In this document: positions 16,176-26,574 of the stretch, piece by piece | How positions within the stretch are numbered: position 1 is the stretch's first letter | Layout: every line of letters starts with the position of its first letter | Source: Myxococcota bacterium | GTDB lineage: Bacteria; Myxococcota_A; UBA796; CAJQPC01 | DNA length: 34,491 nucleotides | Assembly (NCBI GenBank): GCA_036229005.1 | Contig: JAZAMN010000051.1 | Location: 1-34,491, forward strand | Direction: 5' to 3' | Program-made: the position numbers and the translations under genes | The notes under the pieces: model-generated | Told to the model about the DNA's origin: nothing | The model's input: the letters and a program-made list of their open reading frames with translations, nothing else | Databases searched by the model: none

Positions 16176-17810
16176 TCAGGCCAGAGGGGCCATCAGGCGC
16201 TGCTCGACCAGGAGCTGGAAGCGGTCGATGCTCTCGACGTCCCCGGCGGCGGTCTCGCCGACGAACAGGGCCTCCGCGGCGTATCCGGTGGTCAGCGCGA
16301 GGCGGCGCGCGTAGCGCTCGAGGCCCGCCTTGTCACCGCCAGACACCAGGGTAGCCGCCGTCTTCCCGACGCGCTCGATGGCATCGACGAGGGCCTGCTT
16401 GGCGCGGGGGTCCAGCCGGGCGCTGAGATCGGCCGCGCGCGCGGACAGGTCGGCGAGCAGGGCGGAGAAGGCGCCGCCGCGGGCCTCGGCGCGGAGCAGG
16501 TCCAGGCTGAGCACGTTGGTGGTGCCCTCCCAGATGGGGAAGACCTGGGCGTCGCGCAGCATGCCGGGCAAGCCGGTGTCCTCGACGTAGCCGGCGCCAC
16601 CGAAGCACTCCAGGGCCTCGCTGACCACCGACACGGACTGCTTGCCCAGGGTGAGCTTGGCCAGAGGGACCAGGGCGCGCAGGCGCTGCTGCTCGGCCTC
16701 GCTGGCCTGGCCGGCCTCCTGCTTGCCCAGGAGCTGGGCGACCTCCATGCACAGGGCCAGGCCGCCGTGGAGCTCGGCCTCCAGGCAGTTCAGGGTGTGC
16801 TGGTGCAGGGGCTGCTGGGCGATGGGCTTGCCAAAGGCCACGCGGCGCTTGGCGTAGTCCTGGGCCATCCAGACGGCCTTGGCCATGGCCGAGGCGGAGC
16901 TGACCGCGTTGTAGTAGCGGGTGATGTTCAGCATGGTGGAGATGGTCGCGACGCCGCGCCCGGTCTCGCCGATCTGGGTGGCTCGGAGTCCGTCCAGGGT
17001 GAGCTCGGCGGTGGGCAGCGCCTTGGTGCCCAGCTTGTCCTTGAGGCGGTTGACCTGGATGCCCTGCAGGGCGCCCGCGCCATCGCGGGTGACCTCGACC
17101 GCGAAGACCGTCAGGCCCCTGGATCCGGCAACGGTGCCCTCGCCGGCGTCGATGCGTGCCAGGGTGAGGGCCATCTCACTGGTGGTCGAGGAGGTGAACC
17201 ACTTGACCCCGTGCAGCGTGAAGACCCCCTCCTCCCCGGGGACCGGCCGGGCGATGGTCTCGGTGCCGCCAACGTCGCTGCCGCCGCTGCGCTCGGTCAT
17301 CCACTGGCCCGAGGTGATGAACTCCTGTGGATCCTGGCTGGTCAGGCGGGGGAAGAGGCGCTCGCGCAGAGGGGCCTCCGCGGAGTCCAGCAGCACGCGG
17401 GCGGCGGCGTCGGTCATGGCCAGCGGGCAGGCGAAGATCGCGGAGTTCGCGGCGAAGAGGTAGAGCCGCGCGGCCTGGTCGATGCGGTGGAAGGGGCGGT
17501 GCTGCTCGCGGTAGCCGGAGGCCACGATGCCCCGCGTCGCGGCGTAGTCCTGGAGGCTCTTCCACGCGGGGGAGAGGCGGATCTCGTCGACCCGGCGCCC
17601 CCAAGGGTCGTAGGGGACGTGCTCGGGGGGCTGGGCCTCGGCGGCGCGCATCCAGCGCTGCAGGGGGCCGGTGGTGTCCTGGCCCATCTCGGCCAGCTCC
17701 GGGGCGATCTCGGCCAGCACGCCGTCGGGGAGGCGGCGGCGGAGTTCGGCCTGCAGGGGGCCGTCCACGGCGAAGAGATCGGGGACCTGGGGGGCGTCTT
17801 GGATGAACAT
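16176..17810 (-). CDS. Acyl-CoA dehydrogenase family protein (AidB-like subgroup)
   Basis: CPLAMTD, GQWMTERSGGSDV, GVKWFTS, RLKDKLGT, RRVAFGK, ECFGGAGYVED and IWEGTTNV. Start at MFIQDAP with GGAG SD. Confidence 0.93.
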   Translation of the reverse strand: MFIQDAPQVPDLFAVDGPLQAELRRRLPDGVLAEIAPELAEMGQDTTGPLQRWMRAAEAQPPEHVPYDPWGRRVDEIRLSPAWKSLQDYAATRGIVASGYREQHRPFHRIDQAARLYLFAANSAIFACPLAMTDAAARVLLDSAEAPLRERLFPRLTSQDPQEFITSGQWMTERSGGSDVGGTETIARPVPGEEGVFTLHGVKWFTSSTTSEMALTLARIDAGEGTVAGSRGLTVFAVEVTRDGAGALQGIQVNRLKDKLGTKALPTAELTLDGLRATQIGETGRGVATISTMLNITRYYNAVSSASAMAKAVWMAQDYAKRRVAFGKPIAQQPLHQHTLNCLEAELHGGLALCMEVAQLLGKQEAGQASEAEQQRLRALVPLAKLTLGKQSVSVVSEALECFGGAGYVEDTGLPGMLRDAQVFPIWEGTTNVLSLDLLRAEARGGAFSALLADLSARAADLSARLDPRAKQALVDAIERVGKTAATLVSGGDKAGLERYARRLALTTGYAAEALFVGETAAGDVESIDRFQLLVEQRLMAPLA

Positions 17811-17882
17811 GGCTTGGCTCCGTCCCCCGCCTCCTAACCGGCCCTTGACCCCCTTCACGCCGCCTCTGTGTAGGCTCTGCCC

Positions 17883-18134
17883 ATGGATGTACGCGAGCGC
17901 CTGCTGCTGGAGTCGACCCGGAACCGTCTCAAGATGGCCTGGGTGCTGATCGGAATGTCCGGCCTGCTGGTCGTCGGGGGCATCGTGGGCCTGGCCGGCT
18001 ACGAGCTGAGCTTCCTGAGCTGGAAGGCGCTGATGGGCGCCGGCCTGCTGGGGGCCGCCAAGGGGGGCTACGACCTGCGCAAGGCGCAGAAGACCCTGGA
18101 CACGCTCCAGGAATCTCTTTCATCCTCTGATTGA
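17883..18134 (+). CDS. Small two-TM membrane protein
   Basis: 83 aa with two hydrophobic segments. TAGGCT ends 6 nt before the ATG. Confidence 0.65.
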   Translation: MDVRERLLLESTRNRLKMAWVLIGMSGLLVVGGIVGLAGYELSFLSWKALMGAGLLGAAKGGYDLRKAQKTLDTLQESLSSSD

Positions 18135-18218
18135 CGGCCACAAGCGGCATTGCCTGGGCATTTGCCCTGTGCAATCATCCGCGGCGTCACCCTTCTGCCA
18201 CAATTCAGGAGTCTGTCC

Positions 18219-20000
18219 ATGATCCCCGAGCGGACCGTGATGGAGGTCTTCGAGAAGACCGCCAGCGCCAATGCCAACAGCCCCGCCCTCAAGGTCAAGC
18301 GTGGGGGCCAGTGGAAGACCTGGACCTGGTCGCAGTACCGCGAGGACGTCCACAAGGCCGCCAAGGCGCTGCTCCACCTGGGCGTGGAGCGGAACACCGG
18401 CGTCTCGATCATCGGCTTCAACTCCCCCGAGTGGGCCATCAGCGACATCGGCGCGATCTACGCGGGCGCCTTCCCCGCCGGCATCTACACCACCAACAGC
18501 CCCGAGCAGTGCCAGTACATCGCCGCGCACTCCGACAGCTCGGTGGTGATGGTCGAGAACGCGCACCAGCTCGACAAGTTCCTGCAGATCCGGGACCAGC
18601 TCCCCCTGCTCAAGAAGATCGTGATGTTCGAGGGCAGCCACGCCGACCCCGACGTGCTGTCCTGGGACGAGTTCCTGGCGCTCTCCGAGAACACCGCCGA
18701 CGACGCGCTCCAGGCCCGCATCGACGAGCAGGGGCCGGACGATGTCTGCACGCTGATCTACACCTCGGGCACCACCGGCGACCCCAAGGCGGTGATGATC
18801 AGCCACGACAACATGACCTTCACCGCGCAGGCGGCCATGAACAGCTTCGACGGCTACGCCGGCAAGCTGCAGCACCGCTTCCTGAGCTACCTGCCCTTCT
18901 CGCACATCGCCGAGCAGATCGTCTCCCTGCACTGCCCGGTCATCTGCGGCGGCGAGACCTGGTTCGCCGAGAGCATCGAGAAGCTGGGCGACAACCTGCG
19001 CGAGTGCCACCCCACCATCTTCCTGGCCGTCCCCCGCGTCTGGGAGAAGATCCAGGCCAAGATCGTGGCCGCCGCCGCCGGCAACACCGGCCTCAAGAAG
19101 AAGATCGGCGCCTGGGCCCGCGCCAAGGGCCTGGAGGCTGGCTACGCCGACCAGGCCGGCAAGCCCCGCCCCATGTTCACCGGCATCGCCGACAAGCTGG
19201 TGTTCTCCAAGGTCAAGCAGCAGCTCGGCCTGGACCAGTGCGTGGTGCAGATCACCTCGGCCGCGCCCATCTCCAAGGACACCCTGGAGTTCTTCCTGAG
19301 CCTGGGCGTCCCCATCATGGAGGTCTACGGCATGTCCGAGTGCACCGGCCCCGCCACCCTCTCCCTGCCCAACCGCTACCGCACCGGCAGCGTGGGTTGG
19401 GTGCTGCCCGGCGCCGAGATCAAGGCCGCCGAGGACGGCGAGATCTGCATGCGCGGCCGCCACGTCTTCAAGGGCTACCTCAAGAACGCCGAGGCCACCG
19501 CCAGCACCCTGGACGACCAGGGGTGGCTGCACTCCGGCGACCTGGGCGAGGTCGACGGGCAGGGCTTCGTGCGCATCACCGGCCGCAAGAAGGAGCTGAT
19601 CATCACCGCGGGCGGCGAGAACATCGCGCCGAACTACATCGAGGGCAAGATGAAGGCCATCCCGGCCGTCAGCCAGTTCGTGGTGGTCGGTGACCGCCGC
19701 AAGCACCTGGCCGCCCTGGTGACCCTGGATGAGACCAAGCTCAAGGAGGCCATCGCCGCCAGCGGCTCCAGCGCGAGCACCATGGCCGAGGCCGCGGTGG
19801 ACGCCAAGCTGCACGGCTGGCTGATGGAGCAGGTCAACGAGGTCAACTCCGGCCTGGCCCGCGTCCAGACCGTCAAGAAGATCAAGATCCTGCCCCAGGA
19901 CCTGAGCGTCGACGGCGGCGAGCTGACCCCCACCATGAAGGTCAAGCGCCGCATCATCAACACCAAGTACGCCGACGAGATCGAGAGCTTCTACTCTTGA
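18219..20000 (+). CDS. Long-chain fatty acid--CoA ligase (AMP-dependent synthetase)
   Basis: LIYTSGTTGDPKAV, SYLPFSHIAEQ, EVYGMSE, GWLHSGDLG, ITGRKKELIITAGGENIAP and ELTPTMKVKR. AGGAG SD before ATG 18219. Confidence 0.95.
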   Translation: MIPERTVMEVFEKTASANANSPALKVKRGGQWKTWTWSQYREDVHKAAKALLHLGVERNTGVSIIGFNSPEWAISDIGAIYAGAFPAGIYTTNSPEQCQYIAAHSDSSVVMVENAHQLDKFLQIRDQLPLLKKIVMFEGSHADPDVLSWDEFLALSENTADDALQARIDEQGPDDVCTLIYTSGTTGDPKAVMISHDNMTFTAQAAMNSFDGYAGKLQHRFLSYLPFSHIAEQIVSLHCPVICGGETWFAESIEKLGDNLRECHPTIFLAVPRVWEKIQAKIVAAAAGNTGLKKKIGAWARAKGLEAGYADQAGKPRPMFTGIADKLVFSKVKQQLGLDQCVVQITSAAPISKDTLEFFLSLGVPIMEVYGMSECTGPATLSLPNRYRTGSVGWVLPGAEIKAAEDGEICMRGRHVFKGYLKNAEATASTLDDQGWLHSGDLGEVDGQGFVRITGRKKELIITAGGENIAPNYIEGKMKAIPAVSQFVVVGDRRKHLAALVTLDETKLKEAIAASGSSASTMAEAAVDAKLHGWLMEQVNEVNSGLARVQTVKKIKILPQDLSVDGGELTPTMKVKRRIINTKYADEIESFYS

Positions 20001-20030
20001 GGTCGGGCGCCGGGGGGATAGATTCCCCCC

Positions 20031-20606
20031 ATGCCCAAGACCCGTGAGATCGAGCTCATCGTCGACGCCAGCCCCCTGGAGCTGCGCGAGCGCCTGCGCG
20101 GCAGCGTGCGCTTCCGGCTGCTGCCCTACCAGTCCTCCATCCTGGGGACCGGCGGCCTGGGCGGGCGGGTGAGCCCAGAGGGGTTCACGGTCTCCCTGGA
20201 CGACCGCCGCGTCCTCCAGAGCGTGCAGGCGGTGGCCTCGGGCAAGATCGAGCCCACCGCGACCGGGGGCTCCAAGGTCACCGCCACCCTGGGCATCCCC
20301 CCGTGGCTGACCTGGTCGCTTCGCCTGTCCCTGGGCGCGCTGCCCTTCTACCTGGGCATGGTCGCCTGGCTGATGCTGCAGCAGTCTGGCCTCGCCGTCG
20401 CCAGCGGGTTTTTGGGCGTGTTCCTGGCCATCGCGGTCGGGACGGTGGGCTGGATGGTGAACCGCGCCGACGACTCCCTCCCTGAGCTCGAGCAGCGCCT
20501 GACGCGCGCGCTGGAGGGCCCCATCCAGATCTCCGGCCAGACCGAGAGCCAGCCGCAGGAGCAGGGGAAGAAGAAGGCTGCGGGGCGTCGCAAGCAGCGG
20601 GGCTGA
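20031..20606 (+). CDS. Hypothetical membrane protein
   Basis: 191 aa with two TM segments in the C-terminal half and a basic tail. Confidence 0.7.
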   Translation: MPKTREIELIVDASPLELRERLRGSVRFRLLPYQSSILGTGGLGGRVSPEGFTVSLDDRRVLQSVQAVASGKIEPTATGGSKVTATLGIPPWLTWSLRLSLGALPFYLGMVAWLMLQQSGLAVASGFLGVFLAIAVGTVGWMVNRADDSLPELEQRLTRALEGPIQISGQTESQPQEQGKKKAAGRRKQRG

Positions 20607-20705
20607 CCGCTCGGGCTCGGTGGCCCACAGACCTCCGGATGACCCCGGTGTAAGCCGAGGTGCGGCTGGTGCATTAGCTCAGTGATGACCCAAGGAGCTT
20701 GACCC

Positions 20706-21950
20706 ATGACGCACCTGTTCCTCCTGCTGGCCTGCGCCGGACGCACCGAGCCGGACCCCGCGCCCATGACCGAGGTCGACCCCCAGGTCAAGCCCGTGGA
20801 GATGCCTCTGGTGGACCCCGACGTCCCGCGGCCTGACGAAGGGGACAGCCCCACCTCGCCGACGCCAGGGTCCATCGGGGGTGCGACCAACGCGTTCGCT
20901 CAGGGGTTGTACGCGCAGCTCCCGAGCGACGGGAACCTCTTCTTCTCCCCGGCCTCCATCGAGACGGCGATGGCGATGACCCTGGCGGGGGCCAATGGGG
21001 AGACGCAGCAGGCGCTGGCGCAAGGCCTGCACCTGGACTTCCCGGACGCGCACCAGGCGATGGGCGCGTGGCTCAAGGCGCAGAACAGCAGCGACGGGGA
21101 CTTCACGCTGCGCATGGTGAACCGCATCTGGCCGGCACAGGGCCTGGAGCTCAAGCAGGAGTTCGTGGACACGACGCAGACCCACTACGCGGTGGACTTC
21201 CAGGCCTTGGACTACAGCCAGGCGGAGGCCGCGCGGCAGACCATCAACGGCTGGGTGGAGACCCAGACCGAGGAGCGGATCCGGGACCTGATCCCCAAGG
21301 GCAGCATCCTGCCTTCGACCCGACTGGTGCTGACCAACGCGGTGTACTTCCTGGCGGACTGGGAGTCCCCCTTTGAGCCGGCCAGCACGCGCAAGCGCGC
21401 CTTCCAGACGCCAAGCGGAGAGGTGCAGGTGGACATGATGCGCCAGACCGGCGGCTACGGATACGCCAAGCTCAAGGGGGCCCAGGCGCTGGCGATCCCC
21501 TACAAGGGCGGCGAGCAGGAGATGGTGTTGGTGCTGCCTGACCCTGACGTCCCGGTCTCGGAGCTGGGGCTGGAGACGCTGAGTGCAGACACCTCCCAGA
21601 GCGCCCGGATCGATCTGGCCATGCCCAAGCTGGAGTTCGGCTGGGGCGACACCCTGCGGGCGCCGCTGTTCGCGATGGGCATGGCGCCGGCCTTTGGAGA
21701 CCAGGCAGACTTCTCGGGGATGAGCGATGAGCGGCTGTTCATCGACGAGGTCGTGCACAAGGCCTGGGTGCGCGTGGACGAAGAGGGCACCGAGGCCGCG
21801 GCCGCCACGGCGGTGATGATGCGCGCGACGGGTATGCCGATGCCGGCGCAGCCCTTTGTGGTGGACCGCCCCTACCTGTTCGGGATCCGGGACGTGGCGT
21901 CGGGCGCGCTGCTGTTCGTGGGCCGCGTGGAGGACCCGACGGCCAGGTGA
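20706..21950 (+). CDS. Serpin family lipoprotein
   Basis: NLFFSPASI, INGWVETQTEERI, LVLTNAVYF, hinge VDEEGTEAAAAT and FVVDRPYLF. N-terminus MTHLFLLLAC. Confidence 0.95.
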   Translation: MTHLFLLLACAGRTEPDPAPMTEVDPQVKPVEMPLVDPDVPRPDEGDSPTSPTPGSIGGATNAFAQGLYAQLPSDGNLFFSPASIETAMAMTLAGANGETQQALAQGLHLDFPDAHQAMGAWLKAQNSSDGDFTLRMVNRIWPAQGLELKQEFVDTTQTHYAVDFQALDYSQAEAARQTINGWVETQTEERIRDLIPKGSILPSTRLVLTNAVYFLADWESPFEPASTRKRAFQTPSGEVQVDMMRQTGGYGYAKLKGAQALAIPYKGGEQEMVLVLPDPDVPVSELGLETLSADTSQSARIDLAMPKLEFGWGDTLRAPLFAMGMAPAFGDQADFSGMSDERLFIDEVVHKAWVRVDEEGTEAAAATAVMMRATGMPMPAQPFVVDRPYLFGIRDVASGALLFVGRVEDPTAR

Positions 21951-21963
21951 GCGGGGCTTGGGC

Positions 21964-22285
21964 GCGCAAGGGGGGCTGAACGCAACACGCGGGCGCGTAA
22001 GTCGGGCTGAACGCAACACGCCGGCGCGTAAGTCGGGGTGAACGCAACACGCCGCCGCGCAAGTCGGGCTGAACGCGACAAGGCGCCAGGTCTGCGGGCC
22101 GCCATCCCCGCCAAGTAGCTGAAATCCCGTTCACGCCCCGGGAGTCCCCTGCCTACCCTGGGCTCGCTCGTTGCGTTGGGAGGCACTTGCGCAGCCGGCT
22201 GTTGCGTTGGGAGCCACTTGCGCAGCCGGCTGTTGCGTTGGGAGGCACTTGCGCAGCCGGCTGTTGCGTTCGAGCCCACTCGCGC
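21964..22285. repeat. Symmetric repeat element copy 2: 4x31 bp, spacer with IHF-like site, inverted 4x31 bp
   Basis: Units start at 21964, 21995, 22026 and 22057. Reverse-complement units start at 22169, 22200, 22231 and 22262. Central CAAGTAGCTGAAAT at 22112-22125. Confidence 0.9.
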
Positions 22286-22350
22286 GCCCAGTCCGCGCCA
22301 CCCGGCCGCGGGCCACGCAGGTTAGGCCCAGAGCACCTGGAGGCAGCACC

Positions 22351-23958
<1,608 letters not shown>

Positions 23959-23967
23959 GTCTCCGGC

Positions 23968-24654
23968 TCAGGCCTCCGCCTCCCAGGGGGGCGGGGGCAG
24001 AGGCGTGTCCCGGGGGCGCTCCAGCAGCCAGGCCCCCAGGAGCTGGAAGATGAACACGACCAGCAGCGCGTCGAACACCGCGAGCACGCTGCCCAGGTCC
24101 GAGTAGGTGCTCAGGACGCTCAGAAAGGGGTACCAGAGGAGCGCATAGGGGACGCCCACCAGCAGCAGCACCCCCATGCTGGGCCCGATCTCCTGGCCCC
24201 AGCGGTGCCCAGGCCGCAGCGCCACGGCAGGCACCGCGACGGCGAGCAGCAGCGCGGCGGCGATCCCCGGGAGCACCAGCACCAGCCCCAAGGCGACCAG
24301 CGGCACCACCCAGACCCGCAGCTTGAGCAGGCGCCCATAGACCAGGGCGAAGGGCTCTGTGCTGCCCTCCAGGCGGGGGAGGTTCCAGGCCAGCACCGCG
24401 CTCAGCCCGAGGACGTTCACAAGCACCGTGGCCCCTTGGATGCTCAGCTCACTGACCCACTGCTGCTCCTCTGCGGCCAGCAGGGCCCGAATGCCCACCT
24501 GCAGCGCGGCGCTCAGGGCCCCCACCGCGCACGCTGCCAGCATCCCGGGCCAGCCGGAGGCCAGCGCTCGGCGGATGCTCCGAGCCAGGGTGTCGATGAA
24601 CGCGGGCTTGGGCGCCACCTGCGGCGCCCCCGGTGGCTTGTAGGGCTGATCCAT
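23968..24654 (-). CDS. Multi-pass membrane protein (paralog 1, N-terminal QPYxxP)
   Basis: MDQPYKPP followed by several TM helices. GGAGG SD. Confidence 0.75.
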   Translation of the reverse strand: MDQPYKPPGAPQVAPKPAFIDTLARSIRRALASGWPGMLAACAVGALSAALQVGIRALLAAEEQQWVSELSIQGATVLVNVLGLSAVLAWNLPRLEGSTEPFALVYGRLLKLRVWVVPLVALGLVLVLPGIAAALLLAVAVPAVALRPGHRWGQEIGPSMGVLLLVGVPYALLWYPFLSVLSTYSDLGSVLAVFDALLVVFIFQLLGAWLLERPRDTPLPPPPWEAEA

Positions 24655-24721
24655 CTCCCCTCCGCGGCCACTCTACCTGAAAGCACCCGCCCCCCTCCCA
24701 CGTTGTCCTGGCGAGGTCCCC

Positions 24722-25885
24722 ATGCTGTACGCCCTGCTGTCCTGCCTCCCCGCGCCCCCCACCCAGGCCGCCGACGCCCAGGTGTCAGAGGGGGCGCCGC
24801 GCGCGCTGCTGATGACCTCGCTGGTGAGTCGGGGTTCGCTTGAGGGTGGGGTGGGCCCCGAGTTCGCCGAAGGCGAGGTGGTGCGCCTGCTGGCCTGGAG
24901 CACCACGATCCCCTCGGTCCCCCCGGACGACTGGACCTTGGGCTACCGACTCGCGCTGGTGGAGGGCCCCAGCGGACGGGGCTGGGTCAGCGGCGAGCAC
25001 CTGATGGTCGAGCAGTCCTGGGGCCTCCCCGAAGCGCCCAACTGGCCCGGAGACCTGCTCCCGGAGCGCCAGGTCGACGACGCGCAGTGGTGGCCCGCGA
25101 CGCGCTCGGGGCGGGAGTACACCCAGAAGTTCGGCTGGGACCGCCGCTGGACCGACGGCGGCTGGGTTCGCCAGGTCGGCCAGAGCGGCGCGCTGCTGGA
25201 GCTGGTGGACGAGAACGGCTGGGGCTCGGCGCACAGCGTCGCGCTCACCACGCAGCACGACTTCAACGGCGACGGCGTCCTGGACCAGCTCGTCCTCGTG
25301 CATGAGACGGTCACCGAGGCCGGCAGCGTGGGCCACACGCTCTTGGTGGTGGACCCCACGCGGCCCGTGGGCCAAGGCACCCTCCTCTCCCAACCCGTCT
25401 TCGATCCCCACTGGAGCGGGCTGGACGTGGTCGACCGCTGGGGCTGGATGGCGCTCGATCTGCCCGGCGCCACGCTCACCCAGCACTTCGCCGAGCGCGT
25501 ACGGGTTGACGGCGAGTCCCCCACCCTGCGGCACGTCGAGCAGCGGTGGACCTGGGGGGAGGAAGGGTTTGTGAGCGCTGGACCACGCGCGTCCCCACTG
25601 TCCGGGACTCTGACCGCAGGCCCCACCTGGCAGTCACCCCCTGGCTTCGGCGAGGACAGGCTGTCTGCGAGCGACCGGGTGTCCGCGCAGCGCGTCTGCG
25701 TGGATCACATCCGCGGCCCCCTGGGCACCGGGGACACCTGGTGGCTGGAGGCGACGGACTGCGCGGGCGGCGTGCTGGGCTGGGTCCCCAATGACCGCGT
25801 CACGCTGGAGCCCGCCGGCCTCAGCGAAGTGCTGGGCCCCTGGCCGGAGCACCCCGAGCCGGCGCTTCGGGTCACGTGGCGCTGA
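24722..25885 (+). CDS. Hypothetical lipoprotein, Trp-rich, possible SH3-like modules
   Basis: MLYALLSC; GRGWVSGEHL and LGWVPNDRV SH3-like ends; DFNGDGVLD motif. Confidence 0.7.
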   Translation: MLYALLSCLPAPPTQAADAQVSEGAPRALLMTSLVSRGSLEGGVGPEFAEGEVVRLLAWSTTIPSVPPDDWTLGYRLALVEGPSGRGWVSGEHLMVEQSWGLPEAPNWPGDLLPERQVDDAQWWPATRSGREYTQKFGWDRRWTDGGWVRQVGQSGALLELVDENGWGSAHSVALTTQHDFNGDGVLDQLVLVHETVTEAGSVGHTLLVVDPTRPVGQGTLLSQPVFDPHWSGLDVVDRWGWMALDLPGATLTQHFAERVRVDGESPTLRHVEQRWTWGEEGFVSAGPRASPLSGTLTAGPTWQSPPGFGEDRLSASDRVSAQRVCVDHIRGPLGTGDTWWLEATDCAGGVLGWVPNDRVTLEPAGLSEVLGPWPEHPEPALRVTWR

Positions 25886-26570
25886 GAGCGCTCGCGTCCG
25901 CGCCGTCCTGTCCGGGGTTGCGCTCCCGGAACTCCAGCATCCAGGCCGCCAGCGTCAGGATCATCGTGCCGCTGAGCACCGCATCGACCACGTAGACGCC
26001 CACGATCCACCAGGCGGCGGGAAACTTGAGCCGGAGCAACAGGGAAGCGAGAGCGAAGAGCGCGAAGGGTCCCCCGACCACCAGCAGGGGGCGCCAGAGC
26101 TGCTCCCGCAGGTTGAAGATGGAGCCGCTGCGTCCCAGCGCCTTGAACGCGGTGCCGACGGCGAGCGGTACGTAGGCCAGCATCCCCGGCAGGGCGCACA
26201 CGCCGGTCAGGAGCGCGGCGACCGGGAGGGCCACCAGCCGAAAGCGCAGCACCTGGGAGATGTTCCGCTGGGCGGGCGCACCCCGGAGCTGGGGCACCGC
26301 CCAGGCATACAGGGGGCCAGCGACCAGCACCTCCAGCGCCAAGCCGAAGAGCCCCAGGAGCAAGAAATCTGCCCCTCCGAACTCCCCCGAGCTGCCGGAG
26401 ACCCCGGCGATGCCAGCGGCCACGCCCCCCTCAAGGAAGCCCAGGCCGGCCAAGGCCACCCAGACCCCCGCGCCGAGGCGTCCCAGCCGCGAGAGGGAAT
26501 CCCCAATCCGGGGGGTGACGACGGCGGGCTCGCTCCTGGCGACCCCGGGTGCAGCGTAGGGATTCTCCAT
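25872..26570 (-). CDS. Multi-pass membrane protein (paralog 2, N-terminal NPYxxP)
   Basis: MENPYAAP followed by several TM helices. Confidence 0.75.
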   Translation of the reverse strand: MENPYAAPGVARSEPAVVTPRIGDSLSRLGRLGAGVWVALAGLGFLEGGVAAGIAGVSGSSGEFGGADFLLLGLFGLALEVLVAGPLYAWAVPQLRGAPAQRNISQVLRFRLVALPVAALLTGVCALPGMLAYVPLAVGTAFKALGRSGSIFNLREQLWRPLLVVGGPFALFALASLLLRLKFPAAWWIVGVYVVDAVLSGTMILTLAAWMLEFRERNPGQDGADASALSAT

Positions 26571-26574
26571 GGAC

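Noticed and set aside
18131..18176. TTGACG plus an imperfect dyad upstream of the acyl-CoA ligase
   Set aside because: No matching -10 at canonical spacing, no sigma-54 GG-N10-GC with TTGC, and the dyad is too imperfect to call.
4963..22285. 31-bp repeat arrays as CRISPR arrays
   Set aside because: Only about 7 variable nt lie between cores, the arrays are inverted pairs of 3-4 units, and there are no cas genes or leader.
22171..22350. 60-aa N-terminal extension of fumarase
   Set aside because: It is a translation of the repeat element. The family-like sequence and SD begin at ATG 22351.
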